DNA of 64,000 nt, from positions 27,280,001 to 27,344,000 of the forward strand of contig OZ116708.1 in assembly GCA_964199315.1 (NCBI GenBank). Reading direction: 5' to 3'. Position numbers and translations under genes: made by a program. The notes under the pieces are model-generated. The model did no database searches and was not told the origin of the DNA. It was given only the letters and a program-made list of their open reading frames with translations. Positions 15,001 to 26,865 of this stretch are shown here, in pieces (positions within the stretch are counted from its first letter, which is position 1; every line of letters starts with the position of its first letter). The stretch is from Orbicella franksi (Eukaryota).

Positions 15001-18000
15001 GGTGATTAACTTGTTCAACAAATCGTTGAAGGAAAAATAAGCAATTACTTTTGAAAATTGCCCTGTATACATTTGTCCGTATATCCAGATGTAGTGTAGT
15101 ATTTAATGATTAGTATTTACTGATAGATTTATTTTGTGAGCCTAAGCTTGGAATAATATAAGTTTGATAAACTTAGAAGATATCTGCTTAGTAATTGTAT
15201 GTTAACATTGTGCGTGTAGTGATGACCAGAGGAAACTTCACTTGACAAACAGGGCTTAGTCTGGTGTAATAAATTATAACTCAAAGACGCAAAATTTATG
15301 TAACAGTCCTTTTATCTGGGAGGGAATGGATAATGATTAACAATTTTTCGTCTTTTCTATTTTATCACTTGAGCGTTGTATTATTTTGTGATGTGTAACT
15401 CATTTAACGAACATAGCTTTCTCACTTCCTAACAATAATTCTGAAAATTTTCGTCGTAACAGCTCCTTACCATGATTTTAGTCTTTGTAACAGGTCAAAT
15501 CCACGCACACCAGTCAATACACAATATTATTTTGCTTTGCTTTTGTTATTTTAAATCAGCGTTTTTATTTCATCTAATTTCAGAGGAGCTGAAAAATGCG
15601 CAGTCCTACACTAAAGACTTCAAACAGCAAATTTTAGATCTGAGAGGTACATTGTCACTGCCATCTCACTATTATGTTGTTGCACACGTTGTGCTCCGCG
15701 TAATAACATTTTGCCAGCTAATTTAACGCCGCATTGTATTTCTTTCATGCTTCGTTTCTTTGGCATCTTCCCTACAATTCTTATGTTTCTAGCCTGAGAT
15801 CGGTTTTGCATGTAGACTCGATTACCAGCTGCTGTTCGGGAAAGGAATCCGCGCTCCTCCCCCGAAGGAGGAATTTCCGAGGAATGTAGACCGTTATACA
15901 GTCGATTCACGACATAATTGTAACGCTGTTTTTGCTGTTATTACAGATAAATTACTAGAAGAACAAGAGACCACCCGAAAGAAAGAGGAATTTGTGGCCC
16001 ACTTAAAAAGTAAGTTGAGCGAGACATAAACAAACATTAAAGACTTCCCGGTAGTGTCCCTTGCACTTTGAGTTGTCACGCGGCGCTTTTGCGTGACTTC
16101 AAGGAAGCGCTACGTGACGACTCAAATCACGCGCGCGCGAAAAGGACGAAAAACTAACGGAAGGTCCGCGACCACGCGGAGACTTGACTTGACCCTTTTA
16201 TTAAATCAATTGATGTTTTTGTAGGAGAACTGAATGAATTGGTGCGAGAAAAAGATCTTCTGGCTTTGGAAAAGAAATGTGAACATCACGCGACAGAAAC
16301 CGCCATGAACAATGCTCGTGAAATGCAGAAACAGGCGGCAAAGAGCGCGAAAGATGCGGGAAAAAATAAAGGTATGAGTGTTATACTCTAACTATTTTGA
16401 ATGGCGTAGTGGGGGGGGGGGGGGGGGGACTCTTTTGGGTTGCTTGAACAGAAAAGGCGGGTAGGGCCGTTTTAATAAAGAAATGAACAATTTTTTTCCT
16501 TTCAAAAATATCGTCATCGTGAATGTCGGACACTCACACCCCTTCCTCCAAAAAAATATACTCCTATACTCCTTGTCATCCTTATTCTCAAGTCTTTGCC
16601 TCCCCCCTTCCCCTGTTTTTCCCTCAGAACCAAACTAAAGAACTCGATGAGTATTTTAAACGGGAATTCACAAGTCTTTCTGTTTACGGCGATAATCCCT
16701 CGTCAGTTTCCTGTCACATAGTCTTTTTACAGTCTTCTTCTTCCTCTCCCTCTGTGACACATAAAAGGCTTCTATAAGACAGCGAACTGCTGTCAGTCTG
16801 CGCATAGTATGGAGATCCGGGGGGACTCTCATATGAAAAGGATCGGGATGCTCGGCGGAAATTTTGAAAAGAACCTCTAAGATATATCAAGACCCCGTTT
16901 TGTGGGCGTGGATTGAAATTTTTTTTCCATCCATAAGAGGTTGAAATCCTAAAACAAGACATTATCTCCGGCCTTACGTTTTTTGGGGGTGTTGTCGTTT
17001 GTGGGGGGCCTAATTAGAAAACTTGTAAGACACGGGTAAATGGTGTGGAGGTTGATTTTGATCGCCATTCTTTTGCTTGTTTGCTGCAGTGGAATTGAGT
17101 GCAGTCACGGAAGATAATCGCGTCCTAAAACAAAGAATACAGACCCTGGAAAGCGAGTTGAAAAAGTGAGTACCGCGACTATTTTCGCTTCACCCCTCTT
17201 TGTATTGAATGTTTAGCCATGTTTTCATTTATTTTCTCCTTTCCTTCAGATATCGGAGGGAAAACAACCGCTTGTCCTCCGACCAATCTCGGTTACAGGC
17301 CACATACCGTGAGATCGAAAACCAGAGCAAATTTTTAAGTGAAAAAATCATGAGACAACAGGTTTGTGAAGGCTCCAAGACTTTCCAGTGTTTTTGGTCC
17401 ATATTAGCTATTTGGTTTAGCACAGGTAGTACTTCCCTCTCGTTGACTTCTGTTGTTTTTTTTGTGTGTGTTACAGACAACTCTGCAAGGCAAGATCGAG
17501 AGGGAGATAACCGAGAAAAAGCTCACGGAAAATCAGGTAAACAAGCTGTGTTTTTTACATGTCTCTATAAACTGGTGAAGTAATTCACGATGCCTGGAGT
17601 TTTCTGATAACTGTCAGTGAACTGATTCTGAAGTAATCGCATCCTGGCCTATCAGCACAAACGCTAGCAAACCAATGAAAAACGTGTACCAGCCGAGCGA
17701 CCAATTAGAAACAAAAACAGGCAACCAGTGCCAAGCGCGGGAAACCGCGGAGAAGTATGTAGCAGGTGAAACGCGGGAAAAATGTGACGGCGGCCAAGCA
17801 CGGGAAACATACAACGGCTGCAAAGCGCGGGAAACGTCTGTAAGCCAAGTCTCGACTGGTTTCATGTTTCCTGATTGGCTGCCCTAAAAGGGCATATTAT
17901 TTACCCCTGGCCCTCTTTCAGGTAGTCAAAGCGAGTTACAGAAGTTAGCTTCATGGAACTTTCCATACTTCCTTACTTCCCATGGCCAGTTTAAACCGCT

Positions 18001-18916
18001 CTTGTGTAATGCATCGTAATCAAACAATTGAAATTATAACTGAACAAACTGGAAAACTGGGTGTGATTCTTGTTTATCATTTCGGTTTGACCTCTTCTCT
18101 TGTTTCTAATGTCATTTTTTGTCTTATGTACTTCAGGCTAGTGCGCTTGAAGAGCGACTTCAGAAAACTGAATTAGAACTAAAGAAAAGCCAAGAGGAAG
18201 CACAAAAGAATATACAACAGCTTAATGACGCTAATTCACAACTGGTGAGTTATGATTTGTTTTTGATTGTTTCCCATACAACCTGGATGAGCTATCAAGA
18301 ACAGCTGGCTTGATACGCGCTTGGTCTGAAGAGTCGGTACATGTAGATGTCACGTGAGTGACAAAATGTCTCGGTGCAGGGCCCGTTTCTCGAAAGCCCC
18401 CGAAACTTTTCAGGTCCACAAAGCCATTATCTAAAAGCAGAGAAGTGTATACGCCTGAAACTTCTTGTCATATCAAGAGGATATAAGTAAAACAGCTCTG
18501 TAATCATAAAAAAACCACGATCTTGACTGAGGGCTGGGGCCTGGCTCTGGATTTCGATTGCCTCCCTTACGGTTCTTCTGATTGTCTTCTCCTCCCTTGC
18601 AATGATACTTGGGGCGACCTGCAACGGTGTTCAAGGTTCTTTGTAATTGGCCAAACGAAACAATACATAAAGAACACAAATGCTCCCTAGCCCTAAGAAC
18701 AAAATGGGTGCAGATTAACGAGAACGAATCAAAATAGAGGTTTAAAGAGGTACAGGTCATCTGTGATACTTGTGTTTTAGATTGTTATTCTTTTATATTT
18801 TTCAGTGGACTTACGTTATGGCTGGGATTGTAGCATTTCTAGCGTTCATTATGGCCTACGCTCTCGATCTCATTGAACTTCACCCCGGTGGGCGAGCCCG
18901 TGGTCTGTGGAGTTAA
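25..18916 (+). CDS. SLMAP: Sarcolemmal membrane-associated protein (SLMAP) orthologue, 5'-partial, 32 exons (~809 aa in window)
   Basis: GT-AG exons in one continuous frame: 25-88, 537-567, 1043-1096, 1189-1284, 1646-1717, 2115-2192, 2925-2987, 3170-3268, 5148-5222, 5674-5748, 5861-5918, 6246-6320, 8791-8862, 9162-9233, 9753-9815, 10239-10301, 10840-10902, 12151-12255, 12784-12861, 13378-13440, 13669-13749, 14243-14305, 14395-14457, 14901-14963, 15584-15646, 15947-16009, 16225-16371, 17090-17165, 17250-17361, 17477-17536, 18137-18244, 18806-18916 (TAA). The translation (V)THGCIVATVTLFLPDGKEA...QEMWQLSQYLQDALYREQMLENKLANLQRLL...EDKLLSRLE...ESLKKVLQEKLEA...AEDEC closely matches vertebrate SLMAP as recalled (VTHGCIVSTIKLFLPDG, ELFQLSQYLQEALHREQMLEQKLATLQRLL). 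It ends in a hydrophobic tail anchor WTYVMAGIVAFLAFIMAYAL. The earlier FHA exons lie before the window. Confidence 0.93.
2376..2577. mobile_element. hAT-like MITE with 5-bp target duplication
   Basis: Ends CAGGGCT...AGCCCTG; TTACC on both sides. Confidence 0.75.
4124..4915. mobile_element. Non-autonomous hAT-like element (792 bp)
   Basis: Perfect 14-bp TIR CAGGGCTCGAAATT/AATTTCGAGCCCTG, subterminal GGTCGCCAG-type repeats; flanks ACATC/ACATT. Confidence 0.85.
6348..6746. mobile_element. hAT-like MITE
   Basis: TIR CAGGGTTC/GAACCCTG with subterminal CTTGAAAAG repeats; no target duplication recognisable. Confidence 0.7.
9293..9718. mobile_element. Tc1/mariner-like MITE (TA target) containing a nested MITE at ~9449-9690
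   Basis: TA-CAGTA...TACTG-TA ends. The internal segment is homologous to the element at 12997-13245. Confidence 0.6.
11305..11430 (+). mobile_element. Degenerate tRNA-derived SINE
   Basis: Eroded A/B-box head (GGCTAGCATGTTGGACTCC...CCAGGTTTAAGCCC) followed by CAAGACACTTTACTCTCACAGTGCCTCTCTCCACC. Confidence 0.5.
11816..11992. mobile_element. hAT-like MITE (second copy at 53962-54138)
   Basis: 13-bp TIR CAGGGGTTTCATT/AATGAAACCCCTG; internal sequence shared with 53962-54138. Confidence 0.8.
12997..13245. mobile_element. MITE
   Basis: Inverted ends containing GGGTTGTTCAAA/TTTGAACAACCC; related copy at ~9449-9690. Confidence 0.65.
14650..14824. mobile_element. PIF/Harbinger-like MITE
   Basis: TAA on both sides; TIR TAGTTCACAC/GTGTGAACTA. 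Confidence 0.7.
17715..17840. repeat. Short GC-rich tandem (AAGCGCGGGAAA-like motif, ~27-45-bp spacing)
   Basis: CAAGCGCGGGAAA, GAAACGCGGGAAA, CAAGCACGGGAAA, AAAGCGCGGGAAA. Confidence 0.7.
18520..18625 (-). mobile_element. Penelope-like GIY-YIG endonuclease C-terminal remnant in the last SLMAP intron
   Basis: IIAREEKTIRRTVREAIEIQSQAPALSQDRG resembles the PLE C-terminal pattern ILxxExxxxxRxxKEAIxIxxxxPxLNRDxG. Confidence 0.55.
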
Positions 18917-19748
18917 CGAATGTTTGTTGTAGTTAGCCTTCACTTTGTATTCCACGGACCGATATGTTGAATTCTTGAGACGGCAGAATCGAGAGAAATT
19001 ATCAAATCGTTTGGATTAAGGAGGCAGATTTCTATTTACAAAAGAATTTGCAGCACATTATCACTAGTGTGTGTTAATGAAAATTAGTTGGTTTCCCATT
19101 TTATTTGATATTAGTTCTCCTGTGAAGTGAAACAGAACGTTTTATATTGCAAAGGAATTACATGGTTTTGAAATATATATTGTTTTTTTTTTTTTTGGTT
19201 TTGTTTTTTTTGTTTGTTTTCACCTGTTAGTGGACATTACATGAGGGATGTTCCCATTCGTTAGCATCGTTGAAATAATTTATACATGCTATGTAATTTA
19301 TCTATGCTAAGGTATTTTTCCAACTTGTAGCTTCTTTACAAAGCCAACCATTTCCTTTTCATCTAGAACAATGATATTATACCCGCTGGTACAAAAGCTA
19401 CCTTCTTCTTTGGCTTCCTCTCAGCCCCACCTTCCTTTCTTTTCCTTTGTTATCCTAGCGAGCGGCCCTTTTTATTTTTTTAAAGTCTATATGAAGATTT
19501 ATTCTTGTAATTATTCTGAATTGAAGGCTTTTGTGAAACTGAATATCGACAAAGGTATCAAATCTTCTGAAAATCTGTCACTATTGTTTTGTATCAGTTA
19601 AGAATATCTTAGTTTCCAGATATTCAATTTTCGTTTTTAATTTGTTTTGTCATTACTGGTTTAACCCTCTTGTTCCAAACAGAGGTTTATGGTTTTGTAA
19701 TTCACATATTTCCTGGTGCGTAGAACTCTGTTAAGATCTCACTGAAGG

Positions 19749-20163
19749 TTGGTTTTCACTAGTGACGAAGTCGGAGTCGTAAGAGAGCTTACGACCTAGT
19801 GAAAATCGAAAATCGGAGTCGTAAGCTGAGTTATATGCTCGACGGAGTCAGAAGAATCAGAACGTGTCCATTTCGTCCGATTCCGTTTACGACTCCTTCG
19901 CTTATGATCCAGTGAACACTAGATTGTCGGAAGCGGACGTACCAACCAATTACAAGGCCGGGAAACGTGCATTGTGATTGGTTTATTCTTCCGCTTCTGC
20001 TTCCGACTCCGACAATCTAGTCTTTACAAGATCATAAGCGACGGAGTCAAAAGCAGAATGGGTGTTCTGCTTCCGACTCCGTCGGTTTGATTTTCACTAG
20101 ATCTTATCGCTCTACTCCTCTGATTACGACTCCGACTACGACTCTGTCGCTAGTGAAAACCAG
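19749..20163. mobile_element. MITE with GGAGTC/GACTCC subterminal repeats
   Basis: TIR GGTTTTCACTAG/CTAGTGAAAACC, extending into AGTCGGAGTCGTA/TACGACTCCGACT. Confidence 0.8.
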
Positions 20164-20874
20164 TGTTTAGGGTGGCGATTTTGCAGCCTTTTATTTGTAA
20201 TTTGCAGCATGCAGCAGTCAAGTTATTCAAACGTTGTACATAAGGTCATGAGTTCTATTTATGACTATAATGATGATCGATTTCCAATTAAACAACAGCT
20301 GACTTGGCTAAATTATGACATGGCTCTGTCCTCAATGAGTTCAGGAAAGGGACGTGTACAAGGTGTATACCCCTCTCCCCTGCCCTCCCATCCCCTGAAC
20401 CTTGTAGGGATACTTTCATGGGGGTGGGCGACTTATGGTGTGAACAGTAGCGGGGGGTAGCCCCGGGCAATGAATCCTTGAGGTAATAGTCTTGTCTTCA
20501 TCACCCAAAGCCACGGAGTCCTTGTAGAATATTTTTATTACATCAAAAATGGCTTAAAATGGCCCTTTTTACATGGCGGTCGCAAGTCACTTTGAAACAA
20601 ACTTGATTAGATTATATTAGGGATAATAGTTCTTTCGTCAATAAAATTGTCTCTGAACGTCACCTATTGATATGTGACTTACGGGAAAACAGTCTCTGTT
20701 ACCTAGAGAAGTTATGTTAAAAACTCGCCATGTACATTATTGAATATGGCAAGATGGGAAGTTTCTAGTTTTTTGGAGTTTTTTAGTCTTTAATTTAAGG
20801 GAACTCTGCTTCCACGCATACAATCTGAACTGTAAACAAAACATCTTCATGCCGCGACAGTTTGAGCTGAGCAG

Positions 20875-23800
20875 TTATACAAACGATTCTGGTAAATAAA
20901 CAAGTCCCTTCTGGTTAGAATACCTCGGAGTACGGCTTGGTGTACTAAATACCGGCGTAAAATAATCCCTTTGCGGCAAAAGATCAAAGCCTGCCTCTAA
21001 GAACCCATTGTGATGGCATGTACAGACAGGTGAAGTGTCCACAGTAACAAAACTGTAACTATAGGGGTGGTCCTGTGTGTTAGACAGGGGTTTATCCTCC
21101 AATAAAATCCCTTCATCGAGGTAGTTAAATTGATAGTGTTGTTTTGAGCAAGGCATTTTCTTCTTTCTTCTCCTGCGCGTGTGTGGTGTTGTGCTGACGC
21201 TGACCGCCGTGGATTCGACGCTTGCCACTGTTGATGTGTCTAGATCTATTCCAGCATTAAGTTTGCCCAGCGGTGGTTTTCCGTTCCTTAACCCATTTCT
21301 GTTGGGATATTTGTTAGCTTGAACGTTCTCTTGAATGATCTGCACGTCTATCATGCTAAAAGCAAGAAGAGAAATTGCATAACATTACTTCCTAATCGTA
21401 GCAGCAAACTCGCAGTGTGATTGGTTAAAATATAAGAAAATGAGGTATTGGATGAACTGAAATGGTTTCCTTAAACCCCCGCTGACAAATACCGAGGTTA
21501 AGCAACTGATTGCACCGTTTTCGGAGTTCTCGAGAGTTCCTCCGCTGTTCGTTGATTGGATAAAAAAAATTTCGGAAACCTAACGGGAATCTTACTTAGC
21601 CGATGGAGTTAAAAGAAAACTCTTGTATTGTACAACCCTAATCGACGATTGATTCAATCTTAAAGGAGCACTTGGCTCCTATTTATCACCCATTACATGA
21701 ATCAACCAGCGGAACTTACCTTCGGAGATGATTGTCGTAGATAAGAAACGCAACAGCGGCGAGCCACAGAACCAGAAACAATAGGGGAAGGAGAATCAAA
21801 GAGACTGCTTCAACTGTTGAGACCTGGTTCAGATGAAAACCAGTAAGTAAAGTACACGGCTCCCTCGCAACCGTTATTCGGGCCATGTCACGCAACACTT
21901 CAATGTGTGTTGCGTGACGATTCCAATAACGGCTGTCAAAGAGAATAGCAAAAAGTAAATTTAGTTTTGAAAATATAAACTTGATAGGCTTTTCGCCTTG
22001 TAGGCCCTTGAGTAGGAGAAGATCGTAGATGTGTTACTTTTGGTTTCCGAAAATAACTTCTTGTTGTTGTTCTTTGGTTTTGTTCGGTTTTAATATCTTT
22101 TCCATTCTTTGCCTATCACGGGGTGGGAGAAAGAGAAAGTAAACCAGCTGGTGGGGGAGGGGAGGGTTGGGCATTTCCAGAATAAACTGTTACCTTGAGT
22201 ATGCGGACGACATTTTCTGTGTTTTCAGGATCATAATAACACGAGAATGTGTTGTTAGCCTGAAAAGAAAATCAGAGGAAAAATGAGTCAAAGAATTATT
22301 CAAAGTTACTCTAACACAACAAGAAGATACGATAGGAGGCGAGTCGCCTACGCAGTTGTACGTTTCGTAAACGGTCGATGCCAATTTCGCGACACTTAGA
22401 AATTTTTTAACTATCAACGAATTTTTCTCTACGAAATTAAAGAAAAAAGAAAATTTGTAAGTATCCACCCAGTATCGAACCCGAAACCTCTGTTTCCTAA
22501 CATCCCTCTTCTACCACTACACTACCAGGTTGATCCACCAAATCTCTGCAAAATTAAATTATAAAACTTGACTTTCTTAAATATTAATGCCAGAGTTTCC
22601 CAACCATCAAGTAAAAGCTAACCGCAAGCAAACCAGTGTGAATATGAACAATCAAGCATTTGACGAATGCGTTTTACTCAGTCAACAAATTAAAACCAGT
22701 TTCTACAATCTCCAGGCCTATACTAAAGCAGATATGGCATCGTCCATTCTGAAAGGCTTGGTTACCAATGATGGCATCGACCGTTTACGAAACGGAAATC
22801 AGCGTCGCCTCCTTTGGGAATGGAACGGAAATGGACAGGAAGGCGGCCACTTTTACAGCAGATTTGAAAATATTTCACCCACTCGGTCTGAACATCTAGC
22901 GTTTTGACGACTGAACGACATCTGCGTCTCTGTCATCGGTCCAAGAGCAAGTATCCTGCGTGAAAACGTCCCTTATCTTCTGTCTTTCCACGCATGCGCA
23001 AAGCAAAGGTATGTAGGAGACCTTAACTTCGATCCCAGGACTCAAACAAACAGAGTGAGATTAAAGAAGTTTCTGCCCGCAAACTATTAAAAGAGCTTCG
23101 TATCGGTTTTCGCATCTTAAAAAGTTTAGCCCAAAGTTTTCAAGTTCGTCGTTTGTCAGTGTCAACCTTCTCGTTAATTTTTTGAACAGCCTTGTTCCTT
23201 TATGGTTTATTATTATCTCTCTGGTGTCTTTCTGCCTTAGTAAACTGCCATTTTCAGGACTGATTCCACCAATTAAAAGGTACTTTCACCGGGCCAAAAT
23301 AACTCTAAATACCGTGATTGAGCTCCCTAAAAGAGCAACAAGAGCTACAGAGACTACCACTGTGTTTCAAATGTCAGGTACAGTATTATCATATTAGAGT
23401 TTTTATTACCGTTCCGTACAACCGCATATACGTTTTAGCACACTCTGTAGTGTTCAAGTCAGAATTCCAAGCGCACGTGGAGTATCTCCCAAACAGGTCA
23501 CTGTTACCAAACGTCATTGAACACTGAAAAATAAAGATCAAATATAAGGGTTATTTGTTATCACAAGTAATTGGGGGAAATGTCACCCATTTTAGTAGGA
23601 CTTTTAGGAGTTAGATCAGAGGAAATCCAACAATGTTAGCTTGATTTGAAGAACAATTTTAAACAAACGTCAGGAACCATTATAGGCATAGGAAGTGAGA
23701 CAGACTTATCGTGGCGAGCATAAAAATAGAAACATAGAGTTCGTATTTTTTGAGCAAAACTCAGCTTTGGTTGATTTCTGGAAATCTTGCTGTTGGGATA

Positions 23801-26800
23801 CCTTTAGGAACTTGTTTCAAAGGAAGAATCGAAATGAGCATTTATAACCGACTATTGAGAAATAAACTCAAGTTCGTCCTGATGTAGGTTCAGCCTTCCC
23901 CATAATTACATGATGATTTGTCAAAGTTTTAAGCTGTGTATCTCGACCAGCAAAGCCTAAAACTTTGATGAATCATTAGGTAAACACCAATTTCATTTCT
24001 CTAACCTTTTCACAGTGAACTAAAGCTTGCTCGTTTTCCATGAGAACTGCTTCAAACTCTGTTGTTTGAGTAACATTGTAGGTCACCTACAGAGATTAAT
24101 TCATGGTGAAATTGAGCTGTACTTATATCTTAGGGCGTGCACAAAACAAGTGCATTCAAGTAGTAGGCCACAAGTTTTTATGGTTTATAGGCTGATAAAC
24201 CACGCGGTCGATGAATTCGTAAATCACGAGCCTGCGGCTCGTGATTTACGAATTCTTCTCGTGTTCTTCCAACATCCCAAGTGGTTTATCATGCCACTAA
24301 ACCATAGAAACTTGTGGACTATTGCTTTTATATAATAATTCAGAAGACACGCGAAATTTCTATGAGTTTACTGGCACAATAAACCATAGCTGATTGACCA
24401 ATCAGAGCGCGCATTCATTTGATTATTACATAAATCGTGATATCTGACAAGTTATGCAGCCAATAGCACATACGAACCAACTGACTTTCAGACAACTAAC
24501 TACCCCGTTTACACTACGCCGGAGGAATTTGAAAACGCAGCTTTAATTTCTTTACCGTCCACACTACTCCGTCACGAAAACGGAGCCTTTTGAAGGCGCT
24601 CTTCAAACTGGAGAAATTTGAAAACGCCGGCTTTTCGTGTGGACGGAAAAAAAATTGAAAACGGAGCTTTTCGAAAACGATGATATGTCACAATAATCAT
24701 GTGATTTCCCCGCCCAAGTTTTCCTCAAACACAAATGCGAAATGGCCGGTGATTGTCGTGTTTTTAAACTCCTCCGACGTAGTGTGGACGGAAAACATTT
24801 GATGCGTTTTCAGAGAGAAACCTCCGTTTTCAAATTCCTCCGGCGTAGTGTGGAGGGGACCTCTGTTCTAAAACCACTGAACTATGGGTACTCATATATA
24901 ACATACTGAAAAGCGATCTCTACTTGATTCCCGATTCGGTTCGCCTTTATTCTTTTTGCCTGACCGAGAAGAAAAACCTGCACTCATGACTAACAATCAG
25001 GTTTATCCAGTCTACATAACATGGCACGCGCGAGGAAACTGAAAAGTCAACTCCTTGCTCCTCTCCACACAGGTCAGTTTTTTGTTAACGCTCTACAGAA
25101 CATCTACTTACGAATATTTTGGTGCAAGGATAATATTTATGTGTCCGGTGACTGCAAGAACCTTCTGGTAACGTTTCAACGCGATTTACTCGGCAGTACG
25201 TAGACACTAATCCTCTTCCTGTGTAGAAACAGAAATACACCAATCATAGGTAAGTGAAAACACCTCAGGGGATACCTCACCTCCCCTCCCTGTGACCCAA
25301 ATGTTTGCCCCGTTGATCACTCACTCTCTTGTGAGTCTCGTCTCACTTGCACTAAACGTAGAAACCACTAGGGGTTATTCCGCGCTGTAGACAACACCGA
25401 TATCTTTCCAGACAAGCTCTTCAACGTTGCTGCGCGGATAATTAATTAGCAAAAGTATTAAAATTAGCTGCAAGGCATCGTTACACATATACAAAGAGGA
25501 CTGGCGAGTATGTATGAAGGTGGTCGTAATAGAGCCAATTTTGTTTGTATAAGTAATAAATCTGTCAACAAGTAGCGTAAATTAAGTGCAAACCCCAGTT
25601 TCAAAAACTGGCCAGTGCGAATTGCCAAAATTTCGCCAATCTTCAAAGAAGCCGAAGCGCTGCCTCGGAGGCTTCCAAGTTTTGGCAAAGCAAACAATTT
25701 TTTGTTTTTTTAACCATTAAACTGTCGTACTTTTAAAACATGTCTGGATAAAATTACGGCGAGAAAATAACTTATCGAGAAATATAGATCTTGGCACGTA
25801 TATTTCAGTCAGTAACGTTTTGGTTCAAACATGTTGGTCTGACGCGACCACTGCCAAAATTTGGAACTTGCGAAATTTTTGCCAATTTTTTTCCTCGCCA
25901 ACATTTGGAAGTATTTGAATTCGATCTAGAGCTACCCGGCCCGTACGAATTGTCAACCTATATATTCAATATTGCCCGAAGTAGAGCGATTAAGAGCACT
26001 TAATAAAAGATCGCATTACAGTTTCAAGGCGTTTAGCTGGTCTTGAGGTGAAACCCCACGAAACATTATGTGAAGTTGGTTGTTATTGCGAATGAAAGGA
26101 ATTTATGGGTTTCCCTAATAAGCTTCGTAGAAACGATACTTATAAATTGAATTTCTGCTTAAAAAATGTGAATTAATTAAATCTCAAGTGGATGCACTCT
26201 CAAGAGAGTGTACAGTTTAACTGAACTAATTGTTTGTCGTCGCCTTCGATCACATCCTGCCAAACAGCACGCTTTTATCTCGCGGCGGAAATGAACTCGG
26301 ACAAAAACTCAATTTATCAACAAACTTGCAGAGGTTAAATCGACTCAATAGGGACGATCTAGTGGAAAGTGAAGCGTAAAATATCGTGAAAATCGGCAAG
26401 TTTCGGTGTAAAGTGAACACACTGCAGTAATCCCGCGGTAAATACTGGCTGAAGAGTCTATTCGAAGTCTAAGTTTACATAGCTTTCATTATATCTTGCT
26501 TATTTCCTTGCAAATTGCGAAAATGTTTACGGTTCTAAAATCGAGTACCTGACGATGACAGACAAACGCGTGCACTTGATACAAAACGATCAACGATATC
26601 CATCCTTACCTTGTATGTACGGCTGGACAACGTAAATCCCAATCAATATAAGAAGAATAAAGACTATAATAACGCATGGAAGGCAGAAACACAGCGGACA
26701 TCTCAGTTTGTCGGCAATGTTTTCGCGTAAGAGTTCATGTTTACTCGATCGCACCCGTCTTTCCGTTCGAATATCGGCCTTTTCCCATTTCGACAAGCGA

Positions 26801-26865
26801 GGTTGTTGTCGTTCAGGCTGTTTATCTGGTTCAGGCTGTTTATCTGGTCGTACAAAGCTTGCCAT
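20875..26865 (-). CDS. BK-channel beta subunit (KCNMB/CaKB)/TipE-like two-transmembrane protein, 7 exons, 402 aa
   Basis: Minus-strand GT-AG exons 26865-26610, 25218-25112, 24086-24006, 23523-23410, 22259-22194, 21823-21720, 21355-20875 join in frame (1209 nt incl. stop). TM1 LCFCLPCVIIVFILLILIGIYVVQPY. Loop with 8 Cys (YCRV, GSCS, YPCTKIFV, HCEKCSM, STCA, ECAK, FSCYYDP) and N-glycosylation sequons NVT/NTT/NNT. TM2 VSLILLPLLFLVLWLAAVAFLIY, then a ~165-aa cytoplasmic tail. YPC-x-x-x-V, KCS and FSCY-x-DP match KCNMB loop motifs. Confidence 0.85.
24503..24860. mobile_element. Harbinger-like MITE in an intron of the KCNMB-like gene
   Basis: Long inverted ends ACACTACGCCGGAGGAATTTGAAAAC/GTTTTCAAATTCCTCCGGCGTAGTGT. 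Confidence 0.8.

Noticed and set aside
18533-18646. Hydrophobic plus-strand frame AGAWLWISIASLTVLLIVFSSLAMILG as an alternative SLMAP tail anchor (vertebrate SLMAP has two)
   Set aside because: The nearest AG (18530-18531) gives the wrong phase after the phase-0 exon, and there is an in-frame TGA just upstream. The segment is better explained as the antisense of a Penelope GIY-YIG remnant.
339-18760. Most short six-frame ORFs in the track
   Set aside because: They are intronic or antisense chance ORFs, or partial read-throughs of real SLMAP exons into introns.
22361-22794. ~23-bp inverted match TGGCATCGACCGTTTACGAAACG and the ORFs 22587-22907 and 22190-22468
   Set aside because: These look like fragments of a dispersed repeat inside introns. 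Only 22259-22194, in a different frame, is exonic.
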